Of a stretch of 64,000 nucleotides of DNA, positions 9,113-19,570 are shown piece after piece; within the stretch, counting starts at the first letter, position 1, and every line of letters begins with the position of its first letter. This DNA comes from a phage: the sequence record PZ445517.1; one strand, given 5' to 3'. The notes beneath the pieces were generated by a model that saw nothing but the letters and a program-made list of their open reading frames with translations, had not been told where the DNA came from and made no database searches. The position numbers and the translations under genes are program-made.

Positions 9113-11290
9113 TTAGGCCGCAAGGGCCTTCATAGTTTTAGCGATTTGGGAAACTTCATCATCACTTAAAGAGTTGCGATAACCGATGAAGTCGGAAACA
9201 ATACGGAATTTCTTGGTAAACTCAGCAACCATTTTATCACTGTTTTTTGAAGCATTATTTGATAATACATCAAAAAGATTAGTTACTGTCCAGATGTCAT
9301 GACCGATAGTATCTTTTCCACCGTTGAAATATACACCCTGTAATGAACTAACCATATTAGCGAGTCGTGTATATTCTTCAGAAACTTCATCTACACTGAA
9401 GTACTTCATCATAAAATCTAGTTCAGGATACTTAATAATTTTATCAATATATCGTTTAGCTGAACTTGAATAACCTACATACTTATCATAATCTACATCA
9501 TCAAAAGCATCTACATATAAATCACGCAGAGTTTCAAAAATACATTGGCACTGACCAAGTTCTTTTACCTTTTTCTGCAAAAGCGGACGAATAACATAAA
9601 ATTCATTAATGCCAATAATATTAGCCATACGAGTCAAAATATTCGTAGATGGATGACAAAGCGATGTAGTACCATCCATAGAGAAAATATCAGAACGATG
9701 CATGTATGCTACATAACCAGTAATTTCATCTGCTTCTGATGTGAGCGTAAACAGTTCCTCTTTTTCCCAACGACCGTCTTTAATTTCAAACTTAAATGCA
9801 GTAGCAGCTTTAGGACGAGGAGCTTTACTTTTAACTGCCTTCGGAATATAACTTTTAACTAAATCTTCAATTTCTGACAAATAATGAATGTTAACTTCAT
9901 CACTTTCAAACATTGCCATAATATCAGGGAGTAAATCAATCTGCGATTCTACTTCCGGATTAATAAACAGAAGACGCTCATTGTGATGAATATTCAAAGT
10001 GTTATTAAATTCATTATCATCTAACGCACGTGCTAATCCACGGACAATATTAACACGATTTTTAATATTATCAATAACGATATTAATTTTTGTTGTGTTA
10101 ATACCAAACAGACGATAACTTGATGCAACGGCTGAAGTTTCATGGCTTTGCTTAATGCGTTTCAGTCGAGGGTCAAGATTTACTTCATACACAACTCCTG
10201 CATTGCATAACTTACTATCAGGTTCAAACATACTCTGCATCTTCTTATATGACAGATTTTTAGTCGTGAATTTGACTGAATTACTAATCATATAATCTCG
10301 AGCAGAATACCCCATCTTCATCAATTCACGATATGTGTGACGAGGAGATGTAGATTCTTTAAATCGTTTTACATCTTCATTGAATGCCTTCTCACTAAGC
10401 TCTTTAACACGCTCAATAATATTTTTACGAGTACGATCGTCCAGTGAAAGAGCCTCACGTGATGGAGCAATATCAAGTGAACCCATTGGAAACTTAATGT
10501 AATTCACTTCATTGCGGATGCTTAACCAGTTACGGTCTCTAATAACACCATCGATAGGATAAACAATACCACCATAGATAGCATATAATCCACCACGATC
10601 TGGCCAGTATCTTTCTGGATTTACACCGTAATAGTCATCAAAATCCGGAAAATAGTCAATTTCACGGTCAAGACCATTAATGATAGCCAAATCTTTGAAC
10701 GGCCGCATGATATAAGAAACTTCATAAGCAAAGTTTCTAAAGTCTTTTTCTTCAACTGGAACTACGATTTCAATACCAGTTTTATCATCTGGACCCATTT
10801 CTTTCACGAATGTAGGTTTAATTTGTGGACCATCGCCATCCATGTAAGCTACATAACCACGAATTTCACCTTTATGATACGAAGTAATACTAAATGTATC
10901 AGTATAACTAAACGGAGATTTAGAACCTAAACCAAATCCGCCAATGAAATCGTTAGATTCAGCCTTAGATGAACTGAAGTATGAATTATACAAACCAGGA
11001 GAATTATCATCACCCTGAATATCAAAATCACTCATACCCGGACCAAAATCTCGGCAAACAAATCGTGGATCTAAACGTCCAGGAACTTGAATGATAAATT
11101 TTTCAGGATTTCCATTGAGAGCATGGGCATCAATCATGTTGGTAATCAATTCACGGACTACTGCGCGAATTTTGTTTGTATACAAATCAGATGACAGAAT
11201 TTTAAATACTTTAGGATTTGCTGCGATGCTAAATGCTTTTGATTTAGAACCATTGCCAAGAATAGTTTCTTTTTCAGTGGTGATAATCAT
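9113..11290 (-). CDS. rIIA: rapid-lysis protein rIIA (GHKL-ATPase-like N-terminal domain)
   Basis: 725 aa, same length as T4 rIIA; N-terminus carries ...[10 protein letters not shown]... and GGFGLGSKS motifs. Confidence 0.85.
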   Translation of the reverse strand: MIITTEKETILGNGSKSKAFSIAANPKVFKILSSDLYTNKIRAVVRELITNMIDAHALNGNPEKFIIQVPGRLDPRFVCRDFGPGMSDFDIQGDDNSPGLYNSYFSSSKAESNDFIGGFGLGSKSPFSYTDTFSITSYHKGEIRGYVAYMDGDGPQIKPTFVKEMGPDDKTGIEIVVPVEEKDFRNFAYEVSYIMRPFKDLAIINGLDREIDYFPDFDDYYGVNPERYWPDRGGLYAIYGGIVYPIDGVIRDRNWLSIRNEVNYIKFPMGSLDIAPSREALSLDDRTRKNIIERVKELSEKAFNEDVKRFKESTSPRHTYRELMKMGYSARDYMISNSVKFTTKNLSYKKMQSMFEPDSKLCNAGVVYEVNLDPRLKRIKQSHETSAVASSYRLFGINTTKINIVIDNIKNRVNIVRGLARALDDNEFNNTLNIHHNERLLFINPEVESQIDLLPDIMAMFESDEVNIHYLSEIEDLVKSYIPKAVKSKAPRPKAATAFKFEIKDGRWEKEELFTLTSEADEITGYVAYMHRSDIFSMDGTTSLCHPSTNILTRMANIIGINEFYVIRPLLQKKVKELGQCQCIFETLRDLYVDAFDDVDYDKYVGYSSSAKRYIDKIIKYPELDFMMKYFSVDEVSEEYTRLANMVSSLQGVYFNGGKDTIGHDIWTVTNLFDVLSNNASKNSDKMVAEFTKKFRIVSDFIGYRNSLSDDEVSQIAKTMKALAA

Positions 11291-11300
11291 AATTTCCTCA

Positions 11301-11504
11301 TTAATTCATATTGCGTTTAATAACTTCAGCAACTTCTAGTAGTTCGTCTTTAGTTGCGGTGTCGGATTGAATTTTATCTCTAATATCCTTAAAGCGGTTT
11401 TTAAACTCTTCAGCTTCTCCCATATCGAAAAAGCGTTGAATGATTCTATATTCTCGATGAACTGCTTTATCAAAAAGTTCTAAATTTACTTTATATGATT
11501 TCAT
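11301..11504 (-). CDS. hypothetical protein, 67 aa (rIIA.1 position)
   Basis: small ORF between gene 39 and rIIA. Confidence 0.4.
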   Translation of the reverse strand: MKSYKVNLELFDKAVHREYRIIQRFFDMGEAEEFKNRFKDIRDKIQSDTATKDELLEVAEVIKRNMN

Positions 11505-11529
11505 TTCAATATCCTCATTTGCCCAATTA

Positions 11530-11559
11530 ATTATACCACATCCTTGTGGTAAAGTAAAC
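11530..11559 (-). promoter_or_regulatory. T4-type early promoter
   Basis: GTTTAC (11554-11559 rc), 18 nt, TGGTATAAT (11530-11538 rc). Confidence 0.6.
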
Positions 11560-13379
11560 TACTGGCTCATCCATTCTTTACGAAGGTCAGCATTATCTCC
11601 CATGAGCATTTCAAAAAGCTCTTTCCAATTCTCAGGAAGTTTAACAACATCATAAACTGGGTTTTGAATCATCTCACGATATTCAGATTTTTCCAAAGAG
11701 CCAAGTCCTTTAATATAACGGATGCTATGTTTAGGTAGAGCATCTTTGGCACTCTCATATTCAGCGACTGTATAAAACCATTCTTGTTTTTTACCGACCT
11801 GAGCGATGATTACAGGAGTTTTGACAAAGCGAATTCTTCCTTGTTCAAAAAGTTCTGGCCAATTACTAAAAAATCCGAGCAGAGAAGGATAAATGCTTCC
11901 TAGACCATCGTGGTCAGCATCGGTCATAATAGCAATATTATGATAATTCAAGTTTTCAGCTTTTTCACCAAGAACTAATCCAGTGATTGCACAAATATCA
12001 AACAGTTCTTTGTTTTTAAGCATATCAGCATATGACATACCCCAACTGTTAAGAACTTTACCACGTAATGGATAACCACCATGAAGTTCTTTATCACGAA
12101 CATCAATAAGATATCCGATAGCAGAATCACCCTCAGTCAAGAAAAGAGTAGTGTCAGCATCTTTACCACAAAGATTCGCTTTAATATGTTTATGAACCTT
12201 AGCTTTAGAAGCCTTTTTAGCTGCTTTAGTTTCTGCTGCTTTTTCTGCCGCCAATTTACGAGCCAAGGCAGCTTCAATAATTGGCATTAAAATTGCTTCA
12301 TTATTTAAAATAGCACGTGAAATCTTTTTAGCATCAAGCTGAATATGACTACGAATTTCACCAAATGGAGAAGTCAAACGCTCTTTAGTCTGAGAGTCAA
12401 ATCGCATGTTTTTCATATCACGAACAAACATAACGATAGTCAAACATTCTTTAACACGTGCTTTAGTTACATCAATTTTGAACTTACGTTTGATTTGTGG
12501 AATAAGGTCTTCACAAATATCATCCATAACACAGTCAATGTGATGGCCACCATTCTTAGTATGAATGTTATTGACGTACGTTAATTGACGAAAACCATCC
12601 GGCGAACGACCAACCGCAATAGAACAGTTTTCTTGTTCTTGAACGATAGCATGCTCATCATATTGGCGTGCATATTTCTTAAAATTACCCTGAACCTTTT
12701 TACCATTAAAGGTAAATTGAATATCAGGATAAACTACTGCAAGTGTCTGGAGACGATCTAGTGTAATGTCAAGATAAACTTGAGATAGCTCATTAGTTTC
12801 AAATGACATAAAATCAGGAATGAAAGTAACGCGAGTTCCTTTCCATTTTCCAGGAATATCTTCCCACGATTTATTTTCCATGCCGTTTGAACAACGAACT
12901 ACAATATTATTTTGACCGTCGCCAGTTTCACCGACAAACATCACAGAAAAAATGTTAGTTAAACTAGAACCAACACCATTCATACCACCGGTGACGCGTT
13001 CTTTATCATCACCAAAGTTACCACCTGCTTTTGGAATAGTCCAGGCAGCAACTGGACCAGGAATTTCTTCACCAGTAGGTGTTTTAACCATCGCCTGTGG
13101 AATACCACGACCGTTATCTTCAACTGTTACTTGATTGTTTTTGATAGTAACATTAATTTTATTTGCGAATTTAAACTTAGTACGAATACCTTCATCTACT
13201 GAGTTATCGATAATTTCATCAATAAGCTTAACAAGACCAGGTACATACTGAACACTTTCCCATTTACCAAACAGAAAGCGCTCATGCATTTCATTAGCAG
13301 AAGAGCCAATATACATGCCGCTACGCTTTTTGATATGTTCAATATCGCTCAGAATTTTAATTTCATTCTTAATCATCAC
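11559..13379 (-). CDS. 39: DNA topoisomerase II large subunit (GyrB-like ATPase plus TOPRIM), uninterrupted
   Basis: 606 aa continuous ORF; ...GMYIGS..., IDNSVDE, ...NGRGIP... GHKL ATPase motifs. Confidence 0.9.
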   Translation of the reverse strand: MMIKNEIKILSDIEHIKKRSGMYIGSSANEMHERFLFGKWESVQYVPGLVKLIDEIIDNSVDEGIRTKFKFANKINVTIKNNQVTVEDNGRGIPQAMVKTPTGEEIPGPVAAWTIPKAGGNFGDDKERVTGGMNGVGSSLTNIFSVMFVGETGDGQNNIVVRCSNGMENKSWEDIPGKWKGTRVTFIPDFMSFETNELSQVYLDITLDRLQTLAVVYPDIQFTFNGKKVQGNFKKYARQYDEHAIVQEQENCSIAVGRSPDGFRQLTYVNNIHTKNGGHHIDCVMDDICEDLIPQIKRKFKIDVTKARVKECLTIVMFVRDMKNMRFDSQTKERLTSPFGEIRSHIQLDAKKISRAILNNEAILMPIIEAALARKLAAEKAAETKAAKKASKAKVHKHIKANLCGKDADTTLFLTEGDSAIGYLIDVRDKELHGGYPLRGKVLNSWGMSYADMLKNKELFDICAITGLVLGEKAENLNYHNIAIMTDADHDGLGSIYPSLLGFFSNWPELFEQGRIRFVKTPVIIAQVGKKQEWFYTVAEYESAKDALPKHSIRYIKGLGSLEKSEYREMIQNPVYDVVKLPENWKELFEMLMGDNADLRKEWMSQ

Positions 13380-13445
13380 TTATCCTCGTTTGGTTTCGGG
13401 AATATTATACTCCGGTAATCATAAAGCTAAAGGCCCGAAGGCCTT

Positions 13446-13718
13446 TTATTTAAAACGGATAGTCGAATCCTTGAAAAATAGACCAGAACATACTGTTCCT
13501 TCTACTTTCTGCCCGGTAGGTCCAATAGCACGAAATCCAGTATGTTGGAAATCATTTTCAGAGCAACCGAACCAATTATATCCAGTGATTTCAATATTAG
13601 TAAAACCGCTTGAAGACAAAACTTTGGTTGCATTATCAGCATCAGTACATCCTACTAAAGATACTGCTAATACTAATGCCGCGATAGAACGATTAACATA
13701 TTTCATAATTTCACTCAA
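13446..13718 (-). CDS. putative lipoprotein, 90 aa
   Basis: signal peptide plus lipobox ...LAVSLVGC. Confidence 0.45.
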   Translation of the reverse strand: MSEIMKYVNRSIAALVLAVSLVGCTDADNATKVLSSSGFTNIEITGYNWFGCSENDFQHTGFRAIGPTGQKVEGTVCSGLFFKDSTIRFK

Positions 13719-14082
13719 ATTTAATGGCTTGAAGGAGACTAATAATTCTCAAGCGACTTCTTTCATCTTTAACTGTAAAAGAAAGAGGGTCGCCAGATTT
13801 CATAGTGATAGTGCATTCAAAATCAAAATCTTCAGGAACTTCTTCGAAGAAGTCAAATTCTTCATCATAAATTAGAACATTACTCTGAAAACTGTGAAGA
13901 ATTTTTCCATCATTTCCAGATGCTGTACTAATCATTGTAACATTATGGCCTTTCATATCTTCAACGATAAATTCGCTTGTAGATATTACGGCATTAATAG
14001 AACCATTCCTATAAATAGAAGAAAGTAGATATTTCTTTTCTTCACCTTCGCGAACACGATATTTCTTACCAATTTTAAACAT
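13711..14082 (-). CDS. hypothetical protein, 123 aa
   Basis: ORF in array. Confidence 0.4.
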   Translation of the reverse strand: MFKIGKKYRVREGEEKKYLLSSIYRNGSINAVISTSEFIVEDMKGHNVTMISTASGNDGKILHSFQSNVLIYDEEFDFFEEVPEDFDFECTITMKSGDPLSFTVKDERSRLRIISLLQAIKFE

Positions 14083-14084
14083 AA

Positions 14085-14261
14085 TTACCCTTTAAGTAAG
14101 TCGTAAAATCCACCATTCACATGCTTAGGAGCAGAAGGCCGACGAGTAGACAAACGATGACATTTAGGGCAAACATCATTTTCTCGTTCAGAAATCTTTT
14201 TAATTTTTTCATATTCATGCCCGCAATCTTCGGATTGGCATTTATAATCATACATTGGCAT
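14085..14261 (-). CDS. small zinc-ribbon protein, 58 aa
   Basis: hand-translated MPMYDYKCQSEDCGHEYEKIKKISERENDVCPKCHR...; CxxxxC...CxxC; AAGGA upstream; below the ORF-track cutoff. Confidence 0.4.
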   Translation of the reverse strand: MPMYDYKCQSEDCGHEYEKIKKISERENDVCPKCHRLSTRRPSAPKHVNGGFYDLLKG

Positions 14262-14263
14262 AA

Positions 14264-14683
14264 TTATTCCTTAAAGTGTGCTTTCAACATCTGATACAAG
14301 GACCATGCTTGTTCATTATTTTCAATAGTAACTTTCATTACCGGGAATTCTGTGAAATCTTCTATTTGTTCTTGCTCTTCCTGCTCTTGTTCTTCAGCTG
14401 CCTGGTATGGATTTTCAACTTCATCAAAGAACCCAGCTTCACTTTTTGAAAGCCAAATAAAGTCTTCATCCAAAACATCTTTATCAGGAGATAGTACTAA
14501 ATTTCCAGTAGATGACAAAATTTTAATAGGACGCCCAAGAGCGTCCACATCTAAAATTTTAAAAGGATACATACCTAAACGGCGCGCATAAATTCCGTTA
14601 TTAATATGGTCTTTAATAAAATTTTCTTGAGCTTGTTTATTTTTAAATTGATACCATTTATTAACTTCAAATCTAATAGCCAT
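14264..14683 (-). CDS. hypothetical protein, 139 aa, with acidic [10 protein letters not shown] tract (goF position)
   Basis: ORF; synteny only. Confidence 0.4.
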   Translation of the reverse strand: MAIRFEVNKWYQFKNKQAQENFIKDHINNGIYARRLGMYPFKILDVDALGRPIKILSSTGNLVLSPDKDVLDEDFIWLSKSEAGFFDEVENPYQAAEEQEQEEQEQIEDFTEFPVMKVTIENNEQAWSLYQMLKAHFKE

Positions 14684-14898
14684 TAATAAATTTCCTTCCA
14701 GTAAGTTGTGCCATCTTCAGTAATTTCACGAAATACGCCGTAAATTGGCTGTTTATCACCAACCTTTTCATAAACATAAACCGAAGTCAAGTGAGTAAAC
14801 TTAATGGTGTGTTCCTTTTGAACCACTACCAAATCTGGATCGAATAATACATCTTCAAATTCGTCATTAGTGCATTTCTGAACAGTTTTACGTTTCAT
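14683..14898 (-). CDS. hypothetical protein, 71 aa (cef position)
   Basis: ORF; same length as T4 Cef; synteny only. Confidence 0.4.
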   Translation of the reverse strand: MKRKTVQKCTNDEFEDVLFDPDLVVVQKEHTIKFTHLTSVYVYEKVGDKQPIYGVFREITEDGTTYWKEIY

Positions 14899-14997
14899 TA
14901 CAATTTCCTCATTAATTGAACAGTGGAGCGATGCGTTTCAGAAGAGTAGCAGCACCTTTGGCAAATTTTCCATTTTATTCTCCAAGTTGTTTTCTGT

Positions 14998-15045
14998 ATC
15001 AGTAGTTGATATTGATATAGTACCATAATCAACTACTGATGTATA
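14998..15045. repeat. inverted repeat (promoter-cassette remnant) next to an A13 homopolymer at 15056-15071
   Basis: atcagtagttgat ... atcaactactgat arms are exact reverse complements enclosing a TACTAT-like element; no GTTTAC at the expected spacing. Confidence 0.5.
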
Positions 15046-15076
15046 TAGTTTTATGAAAAAAAAAAAAATTTAAACT

Positions 15077-15574
15077 TTATGCACAGCGAGCTTTGCTATA
15101 GTGTTTAATCCAACTTTCAGGAATGACTTTGTATGTTCCTAAAAATACCGCGTTGTACAACTTAACGCCATCTTCTACCCATTGATCGGTAATGTATGCA
15201 CACATAGCACGAGTACGATGTTTTTGAACAACCCCTTCCTCATCTTCGGTAAATTCGAATTCATAAGGAGCAATGAACTTAATAGCCTGACCGAGTTTCC
15301 ACTTAAAGTCTACACCTACATGCGAAGTATCAATCGTTTCAATTCCTTTAGCAGGAACAGCTTTCAAAAACGCAGACTCAAGAAATTTCGCACGAACATA
15401 GCCAAACTGAGGTTTAGACTTTCCATCTTTAGGAATGATACGCACTTTTACTTCAGAATCTTCATCTTTAACACCATGTTTAAGCTGAATGCTTACAATT
15501 TCAACCAATTTTCCTGCTGCTTTAGAACGGGATTTATCAGATACACGAGCAATTTCACCAATATTAATAATCAT
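15077..15574 (-). CDS. motB: MotB-like protein
   Basis: 165 aa (T4 MotB about 162 aa), syntenic; C-terminal motif TDQWVEDGVKLYNAVFLGTYKVIP shared with the next ORF. Confidence 0.5.
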   Translation of the reverse strand: MIINIGEIARVSDKSRSKAAGKLVEIVSIQLKHGVKDEDSEVKVRIIPKDGKSKPQFGYVRAKFLESAFLKAVPAKGIETIDTSHVGVDFKWKLGQAIKFIAPYEFEFTEDEEGVVQKHRTRAMCAYITDQWVEDGVKLYNAVFLGTYKVIPESWIKHYSKARCA

Positions 15575-15612
15575 AGTTATCTCTCACTTGTTAAAAAGAT
15601 TTTATACTCCAC

Positions 15613-15648
15613 GGGACCATTATACTCTGGTCCCAAGAGTTTGTAAAC
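15613..15648 (-). promoter_or_regulatory. T4-type early promoter with -10 inside a stem-loop
   Basis: GTTTAC (15642-15647 rc), 17 nt, TATAAT (15619-15624 rc); gggacc/ggtccc inverted repeat brackets the -10. Confidence 0.55.
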
Positions 15649-15650
15649 TA

Positions 15651-16190
15651 TTAATTTAAAATAGCTACCACCGCACTACGAGGTACTACACTAAAATCAC
15701 CTGCATGAACAACGTTCAGAAGTTCAACACCATCTTCAATCCATTGGTCTGTTACCCAACCACAGACCGAAATAAATGGAGTCTTGATAGCTACCGCACG
15801 AGTTAGAAGGTCAGTAGGATCGCATTCTTGAAAGAGGATGAACTCTGCTTCAAAAACTATAGTTTTAATTACTTCATCATTATCTAAACGGTGCACTCGA
15901 ATCACGTAAGCTTTATTCTTATCATGCCAGTTACTTTTTGAAAAGCTTTTAACCACAAACTCGCCTTCACCAAAAACATTAGTCAATGCTTTATAACCCA
16001 AATTTAGTTCAGTAGTTTTAATTTCAGTTTCAGCCAGTTTGTAGATTTTGCCGATTTCAATAGCGGTAGTCATAGTAGGTTCCTTAATTTCCAGTGGTTT
16101 AACAGGGCATACATAAGTGCTTACAACATCAAAATCAATCAGTTTAGCTACCGGATTTGGTATGTATTCAGGATTATAATTAAATTTCAT
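15651..16190 (-). CDS. MotB paralogue, 179 aa
   Basis: C-terminus TDQWIEDGVELLNVVHAGDFSVVP aligns with the MotB-like ORF at 15077..15574. Confidence 0.45.
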   Translation of the reverse strand: MKFNYNPEYIPNPVAKLIDFDVVSTYVCPVKPLEIKEPTMTTAIEIGKIYKLAETEIKTTELNLGYKALTNVFGEGEFVVKSFSKSNWHDKNKAYVIRVHRLDNDEVIKTIVFEAEFILFQECDPTDLLTRAVAIKTPFISVCGWVTDQWIEDGVELLNVVHAGDFSVVPRSAVVAILN

Positions 16191-16192
16191 AA

Positions 16193-16732
16193 TTATCTCA
16201 TTTCAATAAAATCTATGAGTTCAGCATGCGATTTGCGGAACATTACTTGGTGCCCGCCAATGATAACTTCATCTTCAGGAACTTCGTATACAGCGAGATA
16301 AAATCCTTTAGAAGATAATTCTTCCCGCTCTTCTCGTGTGAACCATCTCATCATATCATATTCACTAGCGAAAGCAAAATGATAAAGAGCTATAAACCAC
16401 CCTGGAATATGATATTCTACTCCAACATAATCTTTCTTGAACTTAGTATTAATTACTATATTAGCGTTTTTAACTAATAGTTTATCTTCGTGTGGTAAAG
16501 GAATTCTTTTATTATTATCGCTATGATGCATAAAATTAGGTCTGTCATAACCTACGTGTAATAGCCACTCTTCGCTCCATGAATCTATTATACTCCTGTA
16601 CGGCGTTATTTGAACACAAAGATTTCGACGTATTGTTATAGCATCTTCATAATCAAGAATACTAAACGATGATTCAACACGATAAATTTTCATTTTATTA
16701 TCCTCAGTAGCTATGGTGTTATAATACCACAA
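16193..16732 (-). CDS. hypothetical protein, 179 aa
   Basis: ORF in array. Confidence 0.4.
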   Translation of the reverse strand: MWYYNTIATEDNKMKIYRVESSFSILDYEDAITIRRNLCVQITPYRSIIDSWSEEWLLHVGYDRPNFMHHSDNNKRIPLPHEDKLLVKNANIVINTKFKKDYVGVEYHIPGWFIALYHFAFASEYDMMRWFTREEREELSSKGFYLAVYEVPEDEVIIGGHQVMFRKSHAELIDFIEMR

Positions 16733-16750
16733 CTAACTGAGGAAGTAAAC
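16702..16750 (-). promoter_or_regulatory. T4-type early promoter with -10 inside a stem-loop
   Basis: GTTTAC (16745-16750 rc), 18 nt, TATTAT; cctcagt/actgagg inverted repeat encloses the -10. Confidence 0.5.
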
Positions 16751-16756
16751 AACTTT

Positions 16757-17440
16757 TTATCGTTTTGTTGGAAGAGACAGAGGATCGCATTCTTCCTCTG
16801 ATGGAGCATCTTCAAGACCCATAGCATAGCGCAAAGCATACTTCATCATCAGGATGTCTTTCGCACAGTCATGAATAGAATCATGTGCAACGAATCCATC
16901 TAAAGTTCCCTTTGGAAGAGGACACGTGGTCATATCACGAACAAGGAGAAGTGCTTCAATTCTGGTACGAATATCACGCTGATTCCAGAATTTACATGGT
17001 TCTAACTTAAATGTGTCAAGTTCATTCTCAGAAACGCCATTAAGACGTTGAATATCGCGAATGAGATCGACTAAAATTGGAAAATCAAACGACATTCCAC
17101 GACACCAGCCTTGAGATTTCCAAGGATCGATATTATGCGCATTGATATAATCATTAAATTTTACAATACCATCGATAGTGCTTACATCTTCATCTGATGG
17201 TGCAATATTTTTTCGAGCTTCAGGAGATTGGTTTTTCCACCATTCAATGGTGCTTTTAGTAAAAAGACGATGTCCTTTTTGACTTTTTAAGTCAAATTTA
17301 ATTTTAATGCCACGTGAAACTAATTCATCAAATGTTTCAACCACTTCTGGGTTAGGGTCAAAGGCAATAACAGCCAAATCAATAACAGCTGCTTTTTCAC
17401 CGCTTCCCATTGTTTCAAAATCTATAATAAAATCAAACAT
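16757..17440 (-). CDS. dexA: exonuclease A (DnaQ-like 3'-5' exonuclease)
   Basis: 227 aa, same length as T4 DexA; DEDDh-type motifs (DFETMG ... HDSIHD). Confidence 0.8.
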   Translation of the reverse strand: MFDFIIDFETMGSGEKAAVIDLAVIAFDPNPEVVETFDELVSRGIKIKFDLKSQKGHRLFTKSTIEWWKNQSPEARKNIAPSDEDVSTIDGIVKFNDYINAHNIDPWKSQGWCRGMSFDFPILVDLIRDIQRLNGVSENELDTFKLEPCKFWNQRDIRTRIEALLLVRDMTTCPLPKGTLDGFVAHDSIHDCAKDILMMKYALRYAMGLEDAPSEEECDPLSLPTKR

Positions 17441-17715
17441 TAAATTTTCCTCGCTAAATCGCGAATTTGACCTACAGTATAATCTTGGATATAAACTTTA
17501 TTAATGGGCTCATCAATAAATTTTGCCATAGATTCAATATCTTTTTGTATCTCTTCAAGACTGTATACTATCTTTGAAGCTTTTTCGCAAATAGTAACAT
17601 TATCAGGTCCTGGATTTTCCTCAATGACAGCTTTAACATTTGTCATAAGAGATTTAAACTGATGCAAACTTAATTCAATCATTAATAACCGCCTTATAAA
17701 GATGGCTAATTTCAC
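17440..17715 (-). CDS. hypothetical protein, 91 aa
   Basis: ORF in array. Confidence 0.4.
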   Translation of the reverse strand: MKLAIFIRRLLMIELSLHQFKSLMTNVKAVIEENPGPDNVTICEKASKIVYSLEEIQKDIESMAKFIDEPINKVYIQDYTVGQIRDLARKI

Positions 17716-17935
17716 CTAAAACGTAATCACTGATTGTAACAGTTTTCACTTCACCACAAAAGAATTCTAACGCAATCAAATCTCGTTCAATTTCTTCCAA
17801 TTGAAGCATTAACTTGCCTGATTCAATTTTCACGTTTTTGCGATTTTTACTATAAGCTATTTCATATATTTCGCTCACTTTATCTTGAAGTAGATAAAAC
17901 TGGTCTTTAGTTATTTCCACGAATAGCTTCCTCAA
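17675..17935 (-). CDS. hypothetical protein, 86 aa
   Basis: ORF in array. Confidence 0.4.
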   Translation of the reverse strand: MRKLFVEITKDQFYLLQDKVSEIYEIAYSKNRKNVKIESGKLMLQLEEIERDLIALEFFCGEVKTVTISDYVLGEISHLYKAVIND

Positions 17936-17941
17936 ATTTAA

Positions 17942-19261
17942 TCATACATAAAACACATCATAACGACCACGTGTTACACCAACATAAAGAAGCTGCTGAG
18001 CTAGTTCAGCATCTGCATAATGAATGCAAGGTGTATAAATGAAAGCACGATCTACAGACATGCCCTGAGCTTTATGGAATGTTGATGCAGGAAGTGCTTT
18101 CACTTTACTAAACTGTGATTTAGCATCCCAAAAATCACTCCACGGAGCTTTTCCACCTTTATTCCAATTTTTATAAGTTTCTGCCGTTTTACCTAAAAAT
18201 AAGTTAAACTTATACAGCTCTTCATCAGATGAAATTATTTTAATCTTTTCACGATAATATTCATCATCGCCGTAAGTTTCTACTGTTAAATCCCAATGAC
18301 GAATTAGATATTCTCCGGGAACACCACGAGCTTTAACAAATGTTGATGTATACTCTGCTTCTATAATACGAACTAATTGTCCATTATTAAAAATAATTTC
18401 TGACACAGGCTTTCCATCAATTTTATATGTTTTAATTAATGGTTCCTGCATTACAATAATTTCACCAACGATAAAATCTTTATCAGTTTCAAAAATCTTT
18501 TTGCGAATAATGCTATTTAACTTATCAACAGATTTATTCGTAAATGCCATTACGCGATTTTCAAACAAATCATCTAGCGATTTGACGATTGAAAAATAAT
18601 TTACCATAAAATCGCGTAAAGCGGTATCACCAGTAAATCCACGTACTCCATGCCCGTCAACAATTTTATCATAAATCCACTTACCGTTGCGAACATCAGT
18701 AGCTACATCAATAATAGGAGCATTACTGCGTTTAACTTCAGTGAGTTCACATTGATAAAAATCTTTGTGCGTAAAGAATGGACTGATATAAGCAGTGTTT
18801 TCTCCTGGGTCAACAGGTCTAATTTGCTTATTATCGCCTATTCCAATTATAGTACACCACGGCGGGATAGTTGAAAGCAGAATTTTAAATAGCTTTCTAT
18901 CATACATTGACACTTCGTCGCAGATTAATACCCTGCATTTAGCTAAATCTGGTACTTCTTTTTGTTCAAAAAGAACGTTTTCTTCATATGTTACTGGGTT
19001 AATTTTGAGAATACTGTGAATAGTACTCGCTTCTTTCCCCGACAGTTTTGAAAGAATCTTTTTAGCTGCATGAGTAGGAGCTGCTAAAATAATTCCAGTT
19101 TCGCCCGTAGATATTAAAGCTTCAATGATGAACTTAGTAAGAGTAGTCTTACCAGTACCAGCAGGTCCATTAATAGTTACATGATGTTTCTTTTCTTTGA
19201 TAGCCCTCATAACGATGTTAAAGGCATTTTTCTGGCCTTCGGTCAAATCATCAAATGTCAT
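17942..19261 (-). CDS. dda: Dda DNA helicase (SF1B)
   Basis: 439 aa, same length as T4 Dda; Walker A GPAGTGKTT, Walker B CDEVSM. Confidence 0.9.
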   Translation of the reverse strand: MTFDDLTEGQKNAFNIVMRAIKEKKHHVTINGPAGTGKTTLTKFIIEALISTGETGIILAAPTHAAKKILSKLSGKEASTIHSILKINPVTYEENVLFEQKEVPDLAKCRVLICDEVSMYDRKLFKILLSTIPPWCTIIGIGDNKQIRPVDPGENTAYISPFFTHKDFYQCELTEVKRSNAPIIDVATDVRNGKWIYDKIVDGHGVRGFTGDTALRDFMVNYFSIVKSLDDLFENRVMAFTNKSVDKLNSIIRKKIFETDKDFIVGEIIVMQEPLIKTYKIDGKPVSEIIFNNGQLVRIIEAEYTSTFVKARGVPGEYLIRHWDLTVETYGDDEYYREKIKIISSDEELYKFNLFLGKTAETYKNWNKGGKAPWSDFWDAKSQFSKVKALPASTFHKAQGMSVDRAFIYTPCIHYADAELAQQLLYVGVTRGRYDVFYV

Positions 19262-19569
19262 CGTAAATTCCCTGCAATTGGTATACTAACAATACGCCCA
19301 GTATCTAAAATTCGCCGATATAATCTTTGTGTGTCTACATCAGGCTTAACGTGTTTAACTTCTATTTTATTAAACCAAAACTTGCGTGGAGTCTCAACTA
19401 ATCTCGGAATTCCCATACCTAAAGCTAGTTGATACTGCTCTTTAAGAGTAGTAAATACTTTATCAGCAATCTCCCTTTCAAAAAATACAGCAGGACGATG
19501 TTCATCAAGAGGAACAGGCACCGCAAATCCATCTTTATCTCTATACACTATCGCATATACATAAAACAT
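19258..19569 (-). CDS. hypothetical protein, 103 aa
   Basis: ORF in array. Confidence 0.4.
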   Translation of the reverse strand: MFYVYAIVYRDKDGFAVPVPLDEHRPAVFFEREIADKVFTTLKEQYQLALGMGIPRLVETPRKFWFNKIEVKHVKPDVDTQRLYRRILDTGRIVSIPIAGNLR

Positions 19570-19570
19570 A

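Noticed and set aside
11559-13379. Gene 60-type translational bypass or split topoisomerase gene
   Set aside because: The ORF is continuous for 606 codons with no internal stop.
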